From: Candidatus Uhrbacteria bacterium
Lineage (GTDB): Bacteria; Patescibacteriota; Patescibacteriia; JACQRZ01
DNA length: 64,000 nt
Assembly (NCBI GenBank): GCA_016188385.1
Contig: JACPHV010000032.1
Location: 5,174-69,173, forward strand
Direction: 5' to 3'
Shown here: positions 38,802 through 47,989 of the stretch, piece after piece
Position numbering within the stretch: position 1 is the stretch's first letter
Layout of the letters: each line of letters starts with the position of its first letter
Program-made: the position numbers and the translations under genes
Notes under the pieces: generated by a model
Database searches by the model: none
What the model was told of the DNA's origin: nothing
Seen by the model: the letters and a program-made list of their open reading frames with translations, nothing else

Positions 38802-38866
38802 TCTGCGTTGGAAAAAGCTGCGTTTGTTTTGACATTCAATAGGATCTTTGAGAACATAGATATCAT

Positions 38867-38928
38867 GAGACCGTAGCACCATAGCTATTAAATCGGGAAT
38901 GACCGAGAAGCTCTGTCGCACCAGTCTC
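38867..38928 (-). mobile_element. MITE-like repeat, 62-bp deleted copy
   Basis: GAGACCGTAGCA...AATCGGGAATGACCGAGAAGCT...CAGTCTC, flanked by AT on both sides. Confidence 0.7.
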
Positions 38929-38963
38929 ATAATGGGTGTGTGTTTTTGTAGGATTTTAACGAT

Positions 38964-39491
38964 ATGTCTCTTCTCTCAATAAACGTATCAGTGCCAACAC
39001 CTGACATAAACATCACTAATCCCACATGGGATACGTTTATTATCCTCGCGTTTATCGGCGCGTCCCTTATGTACGCGTTTTTTGTGAGCAGGGAACGTCT
39101 CGCTATCGTTTTATTGAGCGTGTATTCAGCGCTCGCGGTCGTACTGACCACTCCACTCATCGTCAACGCGCTGTCCATCATGGGCACAGATGATTTTTTC
39201 AAATATCGACTCGCCGCTTTTTTGGGAATGTTTCTCCTTCTCTTCGTGCTTTATTCTCATAATTTGTCGCTCAAAGCCGACGTAGGCCATGTGTGGTGGC
39301 AAGCGATTCTGTTAAGCATACTGCAAGTCGGATTATTAATGAGCAGCATGCTCTATTTCATACCGCATCAATATTATACGAGCCCCATTGCGGATATTTT
39401 TTTTACGAGCGACGTGTCTCGTTCCGTATGGATTTTAGCGCCGATCGCCGCTATGGTCCTGATGCATCCGCGTAAAGCTCAAGTATCGTAA
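38964..39491 (+). CDS. Integral membrane protein (about 5 TM helices)
   Basis: 175 aa, almost entirely hydrophobic helices. Confidence 0.8.
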   Translation: MSLLSINVSVPTPDINITNPTWDTFIILAFIGASLMYAFFVSRERLAIVLLSVYSALAVVLTTPLIVNALSIMGTDDFFKYRLAAFLGMFLLLFVLYSHNLSLKADVGHVWWQAILLSILQVGLLMSSMLYFIPHQYYTSPIADIFFTSDVSRSVWILAPIAAMVLMHPRKAQVS

Positions 39492-39502
39492 GATATATCA
39501 GT

Positions 39503-39997
39503 ATGCCCGATGGCAAGACAAAACGACCAGGACGAGAAATTCCCTTAAGTGAGGAACGGGAAAAGGCGACAGAAGGAAAAGAGGCGCATGGCGCCCCCGA
39601 GCGTGCCATCCGGCATCGGGAACAGAAAAAAGAGCAGAAGCCGCAGCTATCACGCATCCTGCAAGGTCGGAAGAAAAAGGCGATTCCTCCGCCCGGCGCC
39701 AAATCAAAGTTGTTGGCTGACATTGAAGATGTGCTTGCTGACGGGCTTGACGCGTATTATCAATCGTTGACGCCAGGTCAGCGCAAGGCTTTCAAGTCCG
39801 AAGGCGAACGCGCGGCATCCGCCATCGAGACGTTATTAAAAAAGGCGCAGGTCAAAGTCGTTGAAATTGTGCGAGTGATAAAGCGTTGGCTTTCTCTGAT
39901 TCCGGGCATCAACCAATTTTTCATAGAGCAAGAATCAAAGATCAAAGCGGATAAAATGATGCTGATGCACGAACAGCAAAAAAAAGAAGAGGAGTGA
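39503..39997 (+). CDS. Hypothetical protein
   Basis: Charged N-terminus; helical C-terminus IEDVLADGL...WLSLIPGINQFFIEQESKIKADK; co-directional with the ATPase gene. Confidence 0.75.
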   Translation: MPDGKTKRPGREIPLSEEREKATEGKEAHGAPERAIRHREQKKEQKPQLSRILQGRKKKAIPPPGAKSKLLADIEDVLADGLDAYYQSLTPGQRKAFKSEGERAASAIETLLKKAQVKVVEIVRVIKRWLSLIPGINQFFIEQESKIKADKMMLMHEQQKKEEE

Positions 39998-40019
39998 TTG
40001 CGGTCTCATAACCCACCCC

Positions 40020-42578
40020 ATGCCATTTTTTGAAGAACTCAACGAGGTCAATGCCATCATTGCGATCAGTGTCGCTCTTTTGTTTTGGAGTTTGCTCGGA
40101 TGGGGGGTCATTTCATTGTTCCGTTTTATCTTGCATAGGATTTTTGCGATCCCGATCGCGATGAGAAAGAAAGTTCTCCAAGTGCTTGTGCCGAAAGAAC
40201 CGGCAAAGAAGGAGGAAGAAGATAAATCATCAAAAAAAGATTATAAAGAGCTGATCGCAGTCGCGGAGAGTTTTTATGCGGCGCTGGGACATATCAGTTC
40301 ACGGTGGAAGCCGACAGCGTATTTTATTGGAAGGGAAGATCAAATCTCGCTTGAAATTGTCTCAAGCGGGGGAATCATCAAATTTTTTATCGTTGTTCCC
40401 GACTACTTGCAGCGTTATGTGGAAGAACAGTTTCACGCGCAGTATCCTTCAGCGCAGATTCTTGAAGTGACTGACTATAATATCTTCCGCGCGCAAGGGT
40501 ATATTCTCGCCGCGCCCGTCGTAATGACGAAGGATAGTTTTTTTCAGTTGCGAACGTATAAAAAGATGGATTCAGATCCGCTCAATTCCATCACCAACGC
40601 ATTAAGCAAGGTGGACAAATCACAAGGAGCGGCCATCCAGATCATGATTCGGACGGCAAAAAAGAAGTGGGCGCATAAAGGACCGAGTATCGCTCGAAAA
40701 ATGCAAAAGGGAAAGAGTCTTGGAGAAGCAATGAGCGGAAATCTGGCAGAGCGATTCATCAAGGGGTTTAATTCCGTGATGGGGTATGCGCTCGAACAGA
40801 TTCTTACCGGCGGCAAATCAAAGGATGCGCCGATCCCTAAAGACGATCAAAATATCATGCCGCGGCATACTCCGATGGAGCAGGAGTTGATTAAGTCATT
40901 GGAAGAGAAAGCGTCGAAAGTCGCTTTTGAGGCAAACGTGCGTGTTGTCACCTCCGCGGACACCGAAAAGATTTCCAAGATGCATCTGATCAACATCACC
41001 AACGCATTTGCGCAATATCTTGGCCCGGAATCCGGCATACAGCTCAAGAAACAAAAACGTCATCAGTTTTTCCGCAAGCCGCTCATTCGAAGCTTTATTT
41101 TCCGCAGATTTGATTATCGGAGGAAACTCATCCTTAACACCGAGGAGCTCGCGAGCTTGTTCCATCCTCCATTGAGTATCACCGAGACTCCGAATATCGA
41201 ATGGCTCAAGGCCCGCGTTGCCCCTCCGCCGTCTAATCTGCCGCAAGAAGGCATAGTCCTTGGCGAGAGCGATTACCGCGGACGCAAGCAATTGATCCAT
41301 ATGTTGCCGGAAGATCGCCGTCGTCATATGTATGTCATCGGTATGACCGGAACGGGGAAAACCACAATTATGACAAACATGATGGTGCAAGACGTAATCA
41401 ATGGAAACGGATGCGCGTTTATCGATCCGCACGGCGATGCCATTCAAGCGATCCTTGAGAACGTGCCGCCGGAGCGGGCTGATGACGTCATTCTGTTTGA
41501 GCCGGCCGATATGGAGCGACCCATCGGGCTTAATATGCTCGAGGCATCCGAAGCGCAAAAAGATTTTGCCGTGCAGGAGATGATCTCGATTTTTTATAAG
41601 TTATTCCCTCCGGAGATGATCGGACCGATGTTTGAGCACAACATGCGCAATGTCATGCTTACGCTCATGTCGGACGAGGATAATCCCGGCACCTTAGCGG
41701 AAATTCCTCGAATGTTTTCCGACAACGACTTTGCGCAAGAGTGGGTTGATAAACTCAAGGATCCGGTTGTGCGCGCGTTTTGGGAAAAAGAGATGGCGAA
41801 GACATCTGATTTTCACAAGTCAGAAATGCTTGGGTATTTGATTTCAAAGGTAGGTCGTTTTGTAGAGAACACCATGATGCGCAATATCATCGGACAGACA
41901 CATTCCGGTTTTGATTTCCGCGAGGTGATGGATCAGAAAAAGATTCTCCTGGTAAATCTTTCAAAAGGCCAGGTAGGGGAAGTGAACAGCAATCTGCTCG
42001 GTTTGATCGTCGTATCAAAGCTGCAGATGGCCGCGATGACGCGCGTGGATATCCCTGAAGAGCAGCGCCATGATTTTTTTCTCTATATCGATGAGTTTCA
42101 AAATTTTATTACCGACAGCATCGCAACCATATTGGCGGAAGCTCGCAAATACCGGCTTAATTTAATAATCGGGCATCAGTATATCGGCCAGCTCGTTCCG
42201 AAACAGGGAGATACGAAAGTGAGAGATGCCATATTCGGGAATGTTGGCAGCGTTGTCAATTATCGTGTTGGCGTAGACGACGCGGAAACAATGGCAAAGC
42301 AAATGGCGCCCGTATTTAATGAATTCGATGTAATGAATATCGAACGTTATACCGCCTATATCAGGCTCATGGTGCATCAAGCGGCCGCGCGCCCCTTTAA
42401 CATGAGAGTTTTTCCGCCGCCAAAGGGCGATAAGAAAGTCGCTGATGCGATCCGCCAATTGTCTCGACTGAAACATGGCCGAGACAGAGAAATCGTTGAG
42501 GCTGAAATCCTCGATAGATCTCAACTCGGCTCCGCTCTGTTGGATGAATTTTCTGACAGCGTTGAGCGGAGCTTGTAG
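40020..42578 (+). CDS. Membrane-anchored TraD/VirD4/HerA-like (DUF87) P-loop ATPase
   Basis: N-terminal TM helix; DRRRHMYVIGMTGTGKTT (Walker A), FIDPHGD, LYIDEFQNF (Walker B) and EARKYRLNLIIGHQY. Confidence 0.88.
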   Translation: MPFFEELNEVNAIIAISVALLFWSLLGWGVISLFRFILHRIFAIPIAMRKKVLQVLVPKEPAKKEEEDKSSKKDYKELIAVAESFYAALGHISSRWKPTAYFIGREDQISLEIVSSGGIIKFFIVVPDYLQRYVEEQFHAQYPSAQILEVTDYNIFRAQGYILAAPVVMTKDSFFQLRTYKKMDSDPLNSITNALSKVDKSQGAAIQIMIRTAKKKWAHKGPSIARKMQKGKSLGEAMSGNLAERFIKGFNSVMGYALEQILTGGKSKDAPIPKDDQNIMPRHTPMEQELIKSLEEKASKVAFEANVRVVTSADTEKISKMHLINITNAFAQYLGPESGIQLKKQKRHQFFRKPLIRSFIFRRFDYRRKLILNTEELASLFHPPLSITETPNIEWLKARVAPPPSNLPQEGIVLGESDYRGRKQLIHMLPEDRRRHMYVIGMTGTGKTTIMTNMMVQDVINGNGCAFIDPHGDAIQAILENVPPERADDVILFEPADMERPIGLNMLEASEAQKDFAVQEMISIFYKLFPPEMIGPMFEHNMRNVMLTLMSDEDNPGTLAEIPRMFSDNDFAQEWVDKLKDPVVRAFWEKEMAKTSDFHKSEMLGYLISKVGRFVENTMMRNIIGQTHSGFDFREVMDQKKILLVNLSKGQVGEVNSNLLGLIVVSKLQMAAMTRVDIPEEQRHDFFLYIDEFQNFITDSIATILAEARKYRLNLIIGHQYIGQLVPKQGDTKVRDAIFGNVGSVVNYRVGVDDAETMAKQMAPVFNEFDVMNIERYTAYIRLMVHQAAARPFNMRVFPPPKGDKKVADAIRQLSRLKHGRDREIVEAEILDRSQLGSALLDEFSDSVERSL

Positions 42579-42656
42579 AGCAAATGGAAACGCGCGTAGG
42601 TTGACAATTTTTAGCGCTTCGGTAGGGTGGGAAAGAAAGAAAAATAAAAATCAAAT

Positions 42657-43505
42657 ATGGCATACCCTACGTTTTCTTATGATGAAGACACCACGAATGA
42701 CCCGGAGCTTTCGTTTGATGAGATCTTGGGCCAAGAGATGGCGCTTCCGGATGAATATTCCGCGGAAGATATTACTGTTGAGTCGGAGCCGGAAAGCGAA
42801 TTCCCGATCACTGACGAACCCCTATTATATGGCTCGCAATTATCAGCGACGGATGAAAACACGACAGCGGAGACGCATTCTGATCTCGTCTCCGAGAACA
42901 TCACCGGCCAAGACGCAGAGCAGATGAGCAGATCACGCCTTCTGTTGCTCAAGAAGGAGTTAGGCGAGATACGCGAAAGGATCGACCGCGCGCTTGAGCT
43001 TGTTGAAGCGCAGATACCGGTGAAGGCCGGGAAGGATGAAGATGATCAGGACGAATTCATACGAAAGATAGATTCACTGCTTGCACGTCAGGAAAAGAAA
43101 GGCGACAGCGCCGCCGCACCCGAAGAAAGCCGGATTATTGAAGGCGTGTTTGATGGCCAGCATATGATCGGTTCGGACGGCAGTCAGTATGCAGTGCCCC
43201 AAAATTACGCGTCAAAGTCAAAGCTTGTGGAAGGTGATGCTCTCAAACTCACCATCACTGAATCAGGTTCTTTTCTTTATAAGCAGATTGGTCCGATAGA
43301 GAGAGTCCGTCTTGTCGGCACGCTTGAGGCAGATGTTCATCATGAATCATATTCAGTCAAATTCGAGGATCGTTCATGGCGTATTCTTGCCGCATGCGCA
43401 ACATTCTTTCGAGGCGCGCAGGGCGATGAAGTAGTATTCCTTGTGCCAAAAGATCGAGCCAGCACATGGGCGGCTGTGGAGAATATCATTAAGAGGGTAT
43501 CGTAA
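42657..43505 (+). CDS. Hypothetical protein: acidic N-terminus, coiled coil, beta-rich C-terminal domain
   Basis: IIEGVFDGQHMIGSDG..Y.VP.NYASKSKLVEGD.LKLTI...FLYKQIGP, a block typical of a CPR-widespread family. Confidence 0.8.
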   Translation: MAYPTFSYDEDTTNDPELSFDEILGQEMALPDEYSAEDITVESEPESEFPITDEPLLYGSQLSATDENTTAETHSDLVSENITGQDAEQMSRSRLLLLKKELGEIRERIDRALELVEAQIPVKAGKDEDDQDEFIRKIDSLLARQEKKGDSAAAPEESRIIEGVFDGQHMIGSDGSQYAVPQNYASKSKLVEGDALKLTITESGSFLYKQIGPIERVRLVGTLEADVHHESYSVKFEDRSWRILAACATFFRGAQGDEVVFLVPKDRASTWAAVENIIKRVS

Positions 43506-43674
43506 AGACTTTGCGCAATAACAGTATGTATTTCTTCCGGCTCCTTTCTGCCCAATTTCCCCCAGAAATTGCGCTGAACTCCTCAAAATATCTCGATATT
43601 CTTACTCATTCATCATCAATTTCTGGACGAAATTTGATCAGAAATGACCAGGAAGCTATTTTGCAAAAGGTCTT
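43505..43674 (-). mobile_element. MITE-like repeat, diverged full-length 170-bp copy
   Basis: AAGACTTTGCGCAA...TTGCAAAAGGTCTT ends; TATGTATTTCTTCCGGCTCCTTTC and GAAATGACCAGGAAGCT are shared with 58846-59016; the element fills the whole intergenic gap. Confidence 0.8.
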
Positions 43675-44760
43675 ATGAGTTTATATCGCAAGTATCGGCC
43701 CCTTACATTTGCGGCTATCGCGGGTCAAGGACATATCAAGCGTACGCTTGAAAATGAAATTATCCGAGACGAATTAGCGCATGCTTATATCTTTTCCGGT
43801 CCCCGCGCGGTTGGCAAGACGTCAACGGCGCGAGTCTTTGCGCGCGCGCTCAATTGCTCCACGCGCGTTGCCGAGCAGAGCGAACCATGCAACAGCTGTG
43901 ACCGGTGTACGGCAATTTTACAGAACCGTACACTTGATATCATCGAGATTGATGCCGCGTCTCATACGGGAGTTGATAATGTGCGCGAAAACATCATTGC
44001 CGCGGCGCGCGTGGCAAAGACAATGCTTCCTTACAAGGTCTTTATCATTGATGAAGTGCATATGCTCTCAACAAGCGCTTTTAACGCGCTCTTGAAATTG
44101 CTTGAAGAGCCTCCTTCATCTGTTATTTTTATTCTTGCCACCACCGAGATTCAAAAAGTGCCGGCCACGATCATATCGCGATGCCAGCGTTTTGATTTTA
44201 TGCGAATTACCCCCGCGGACATGAAAGCGCGACTGATGATGATCGTGAAACAAGAGGAAAAAACCCTTGATGAATCCGTGTATGATGATATTATTCGATT
44301 ATCAGACGGGTGCCAAAGAGATGCGGAAAGTTTGCTTGGACAGATTCTCGCGTTGCACGACACGAAGATTGATGCCCAGCTCGCGTCACTGGTGTTGCCA
44401 CATTCAAACCGCCAGCTCATTGCGAAACTTTTGGATGCGATCGCTGCTCGAAAAACTGATGAAGCAATCTCGCTCATAGATGCTATGATTGCGGATGGAG
44501 TGGACATTGAAACAGTTGTCAACGATACTATCGAAGACTTACGATCCTTGCTGCGTATTCAGAGCGGAGCAGGTGATACGGTACAGGAAGCAAAAAGCGT
44601 GCGAGAATCCCTTGAGGAATTAAGTAAAAAACTTTCTTCTTTGGAAGTACTCATGATCGCTGATTACTTTGCGCAGTGTTTGCAGGATATTCGTTTGTTC
44701 GCGCATATTCAGCTTCCGTTTGAAATCGCTGTGGTAAAATCATGCCTTCGAGCACAATGA
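43675..44760 (+). CDS. dnaX: DNA polymerase III subunit gamma/tau
   Basis: [16 protein letters not shown], zinc Cys, [14 protein letters not shown] and TIISRCQ motifs. Confidence 0.96.
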   Translation: MSLYRKYRPLTFAAIAGQGHIKRTLENEIIRDELAHAYIFSGPRAVGKTSTARVFARALNCSTRVAEQSEPCNSCDRCTAILQNRTLDIIEIDAASHTGVDNVRENIIAAARVAKTMLPYKVFIIDEVHMLSTSAFNALLKLLEEPPSSVIFILATTEIQKVPATIISRCQRFDFMRITPADMKARLMMIVKQEEKTLDESVYDDIIRLSDGCQRDAESLLGQILALHDTKIDAQLASLVLPHSNRQLIAKLLDAIAARKTDEAISLIDAMIADGVDIETVVNDTIEDLRSLLRIQSGAGDTVQEAKSVRESLEELSKKLSSLEVLMIADYFAQCLQDIRLFAHIQLPFEIAVVKSCLRAQ

Positions 44761-44834
44761 TGCGGGATCGTCTAACGGCAGGACCCGTGACTCTGAATCA
44801 CGTTATCCAGGTTCGAATCCTGGTCCCGCAGCCA
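44761..44834 (+). tRNA. tRNA-Gln(CTG)
   Basis: TGCGGGA...TCCCGCA-G-CCA; anticodon arm CGTGA-CTCTGAA-TCACG; starts immediately after the dnaX stop. Confidence 0.96.
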
Positions 44835-44946
44835 ACAAGGATAAAATTGAAAGGTTGCCTCGCGGCTTCGCCGCTCGGCATTGAATTCAGCGAGGATATG
44901 CCATGTTAATTTTTCAGTTTTACTCAATCTTTCCGAAAAAATTGAT

Positions 44947-45537
44947 ATGAGCATACTATGTATCCGCCACGGCAAGACGACTGGTGATATCGAAGATCGA
45001 TATGGTGGTGAATACGATGATCATCTGACGCCTGAAGGATTCAAGCAAGCAGAAAAACTCGCGGATGAGCTGAAAGATAAACATATTGAAACGCTCATAA
45101 CGAGCCCAATGCTACGTACCTGTGAGACAGCCGGAGTATTGCGCGAGAAGAACGGTACAGAAATCACATTTGAGCCGTGCTTCAAGGAGCGAAATCAGTA
45201 TGGAATCTTAACAGGGAAAATAAAGAGCGAAGCAAAAGCAGAATACCCTGATCTCGTTGAAAAGTTGAATAACAGACTCAACACGATTGAGGGGGCGGAA
45301 TCCTATGAAGATTTTCGGGACAGAGTTCAACAAGCCTTTTATCGCGTTGTAGAGACTTATCCATCCAGCTGCGTCGCCATTCTTTGGCACGGAGGCCCAA
45401 TGCGAGTGCTATTTCGCGATATCCTTAAGAAAGGAGAGTTGGATAAAGTGATCGGTGATTGCGCTTGGGTTGAGATCGAAAAAGAAAGGGACGAATTTGT
45501 GATAATGGACTCGCGAAGAATTAAGTTTCTTTTCTGA
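44947..45537 (+). CDS. Histidine phosphatase (phosphoglycerate mutase-like) family protein
   Basis: IRHGKT, SPMLRT.ETA, ER, ESYEDF..RV and HGG motifs. Confidence 0.9.
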   Translation: MSILCIRHGKTTGDIEDRYGGEYDDHLTPEGFKQAEKLADELKDKHIETLITSPMLRTCETAGVLREKNGTEITFEPCFKERNQYGILTGKIKSEAKAEYPDLVEKLNNRLNTIEGAESYEDFRDRVQQAFYRVVETYPSSCVAILWHGGPMRVLFRDILKKGELDKVIGDCAWVEIEKERDEFVIMDSRRIKFLF

Positions 45538-45652
45538 CGTGCATAACTCTTCCATATGAGCTTTGCATGAACAAGAGAAAAGACACCTGACCCATTTCTC
45601 CAGGTTGAAGGGAAGGAGAATGAACAAGAAAAAAACTTAGTAAAATATCATA

Positions 45653-46675
45653 ATGACGAATGTAATTTCAACTGGATTGGGGGATTTTAGCAAAGAAAAG
45701 TTTAACTCCCTTTTGAATGTGCGTAGCACAGCTTTGTCTGCGTTGCGAAGTGCGCTTGTGAAAGACGGGTACACGGAAGTTTCTACGTCCTCTTTGGTAA
45801 ATATCGCCGGCTCATGTGAAAATCCATACGCTTCTTTTAGGCTGAATTATTACGGACACGAAGCACACTTATCGCAAAGTGCACAGCTCCAACTTGAAGC
45901 CTTGGTTATCCGATTAAAACGCGGAGTATTTACAGTCAATAATAGTTTCCGCGAAGAAAATTATGATGACCCAGAAGCGAAAGGCAGACGCCTTTCGGAG
46001 TTTACTTTGATTGAACCTGAAAAAACATATGAGGGTTCAGCCGAAGAAGTGTTGAATCAAATTATTACTACGGAAGAAAAAACTATTAAAAGTGCAATAA
46101 GGGAAGTTTTAGAAAATTGTGAAAATGATATTACACTTCTCGGCGGGAAAGTGGATTATCTCAAATCAGTTTTGGGAGAGAATTTTGCGCGTCTCACGTA
46201 TGACGTAGCTCTAGAAATACTAAATAAGGATGGCGGTACTTACAAATTTGGAGACGACTTGAATGTAAAAGAGGAGCGCAAAATTCTTGCTCATTTTGAT
46301 AACATCCCAACTTTTGTTACGCATTATCCGGCAAAAATTAAATTCTTCAATATGAAGCGCACGCCTGATGGCAAGCGAGTTTATAGCGTTGATTTGCTCA
46401 TGCCTCGTCTCGGAGAGACGATTGGTGGCGCGGTACGCGAAGAGGATGGAGAAAAAATCAAAAAGTATTTATTGGAGTCAAAAATTGCAAATTATATTCG
46501 CGAGCAAAACGGCGATCCGCTTGAACCGTTTCGAGAGTACTTTAATTTATTTGAGCAGGAAAAACCGACTGTGCGTGGTGGCTTCGGAATAGGCTTTGAA
46601 AGATTTGTCGGTTTTCTACTCAACAGTAACGATATTCTCGAAACTATTGCGTACCGCGCCATGCAGCCGGACTAG
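45653..46675 (+). CDS. Class IIb aminoacyl-tRNA synthetase paralog (AsnRS/AspRS catalytic core only); candidate asparagine synthetase or amino-acid ligase
   Basis: LSQSAQLQLE, motif 2 SFREE...RRLSEFTLIE, KFFNMK, DLL.P..GE.IGG..RE and motif 3 GGFGIGFERF; no N-terminal OB anticodon domain (340 aa). Confidence 0.85.
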   Translation: MTNVISTGLGDFSKEKFNSLLNVRSTALSALRSALVKDGYTEVSTSSLVNIAGSCENPYASFRLNYYGHEAHLSQSAQLQLEALVIRLKRGVFTVNNSFREENYDDPEAKGRRLSEFTLIEPEKTYEGSAEEVLNQIITTEEKTIKSAIREVLENCENDITLLGGKVDYLKSVLGENFARLTYDVALEILNKDGGTYKFGDDLNVKEERKILAHFDNIPTFVTHYPAKIKFFNMKRTPDGKRVYSVDLLMPRLGETIGGAVREEDGEKIKKYLLESKIANYIREQNGDPLEPFREYFNLFEQEKPTVRGGFGIGFERFVGFLLNSNDILETIAYRAMQPD

Positions 46676-46682
46676 ACATGAT

Positions 46683-46985
46683 ATGGAGCTGTATGATGAA
46701 AAAATTGAGAAAGAAATTTTTGATTCAAAAATACCAGTGCTCGTAGAATTTTACGCGGAATGGTGCGAACCTTGCAACGTAATGAAGTCAATGATTGAAG
46801 AGTTGAAAAAGGAGCTAGAAGGGAAAGTAAAAGTTATCGCTCTCAACATTGAAACAAATCCAAAACTAGCGGACAAGTTTATCGTGTTAAGTTTGCCGAC
46901 ATTTACAGTTTATAGGGACGGCAAACGAGAAAAAACTTTGGTTGGTATCCAGAAGAAGGAAACCTTGCTATCCCTCTTGAGCTAG
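46683..46985 (+). CDS. Thioredoxin
   Basis: PVLVEFYAEWCEPC and SLPT motifs; ATG at 46683. Confidence 0.9.
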   Translation: MELYDEKIEKEIFDSKIPVLVEFYAEWCEPCNVMKSMIEELKKELEGKVKVIALNIETNPKLADKFIVLSLPTFTVYRDGKREKTLVGIQKKETLLSLLS

Positions 46986-47180
46986 TTTTGGATTCTGCCA
47001 CCGAATTTACGACAAATTCCAGCCCGAAACCTGCCAGCATTCCTCCGCAGAGCCCCAGTATGCATAGAAGAAGTGTTCTATACCAATTATGACCCAAGTA
47101 AAATTAGTCCCAACGTGCAAAAATCTATTGCGGAATATAAAGATCGCGATGGGAGTTGGCAGTTGATAGGAAAATAAATT

Positions 47181-47711
47181 ATGTTATACGATGAGATTGG
47201 GAAAATTATAGACCCAACAATTTGTGATAGCGAACACACTCGCGCAAATTTCTTGAAAAGATTAGAAGAGGGTTCGCTCACAAGAGACGAACATCCTCAA
47301 TCGCATTATTGCGTATATTTCCTCCCATACAATCAAAGAGATAAAAAAGTTCTTATTGCCCATCACAAAAAGTCCGGCCTTTGGATTTCTCCGGGCGGCC
47401 ATATTGATAAAGGCGAGGGACTATTTGAAACTCTCAACAGAGAAATTGACGAGGAACTTGGCGTAACACATTTTTTCCAAGAGCTGCAATCTCCATTTCT
47501 GCTAACGATTACTCCGATTGAAAATAAAGTTCAGCCGTGTAAGACACATTATGATATTTGGTATCTTGTTCTCTCTGACGGCTCAAATTTCAATGTTGAT
47601 CCGAAAGAATTTCACGAAACGAGATGGCTAACAATAGCGGAGGCAGAAAAAATTGTTACTGATGGACCAAACAGAAAAGCACTGGAAACAATCAAACAAT
47701 ATGATACATAA
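47181..47711 (+). CDS. NUDIX hydrolase
   Basis: HHKKSGLWISPGGHIDKGE...REIDEELG and HYDIWY motifs. Confidence 0.9.
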   Translation: MLYDEIGKIIDPTICDSEHTRANFLKRLEEGSLTRDEHPQSHYCVYFLPYNQRDKKVLIAHHKKSGLWISPGGHIDKGEGLFETLNREIDEELGVTHFFQELQSPFLLTITPIENKVQPCKTHYDIWYLVLSDGSNFNVDPKEFHETRWLTIAEAEKIVTDGPNRKALETIKQYDT

Positions 47712-47789
47712 ACGCACCTCCACAATCCATGGCTGGGATGGTTATCTTTTGATGGTTTGACCTCGTGGCTAAAAAAAGAACTTGTGTAA
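47701..47789 (+). pseudogene. Remnant of a YdeN/RBBP9-like alpha/beta hydrolase N-terminus
   Basis: Reads MIHKRTSTIHGWDGYLLMV*, then after a frame change WLKKELV*, matching the IHGWxG...WxPWLKKEL start of that family. Confidence 0.5.
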
Positions 47790-47989
47790 TGTAAATGCGG
47801 TCAAAATGTACGTAAATCGGGTCAGCCATCATTTTTCCTGTAAGTATGCAATTTCATCCGCGGAAAATAGGAGTGGAAGAATTTTATAACCGTGAAAGTA
47901 AGCGAAAAAATTCATCTTTTCACGATTATTAAGATTTTTAGTGAGTCACTTGCCGCAGAAAAGATTTTTCAGTATCGTTAGGAGCGAAT

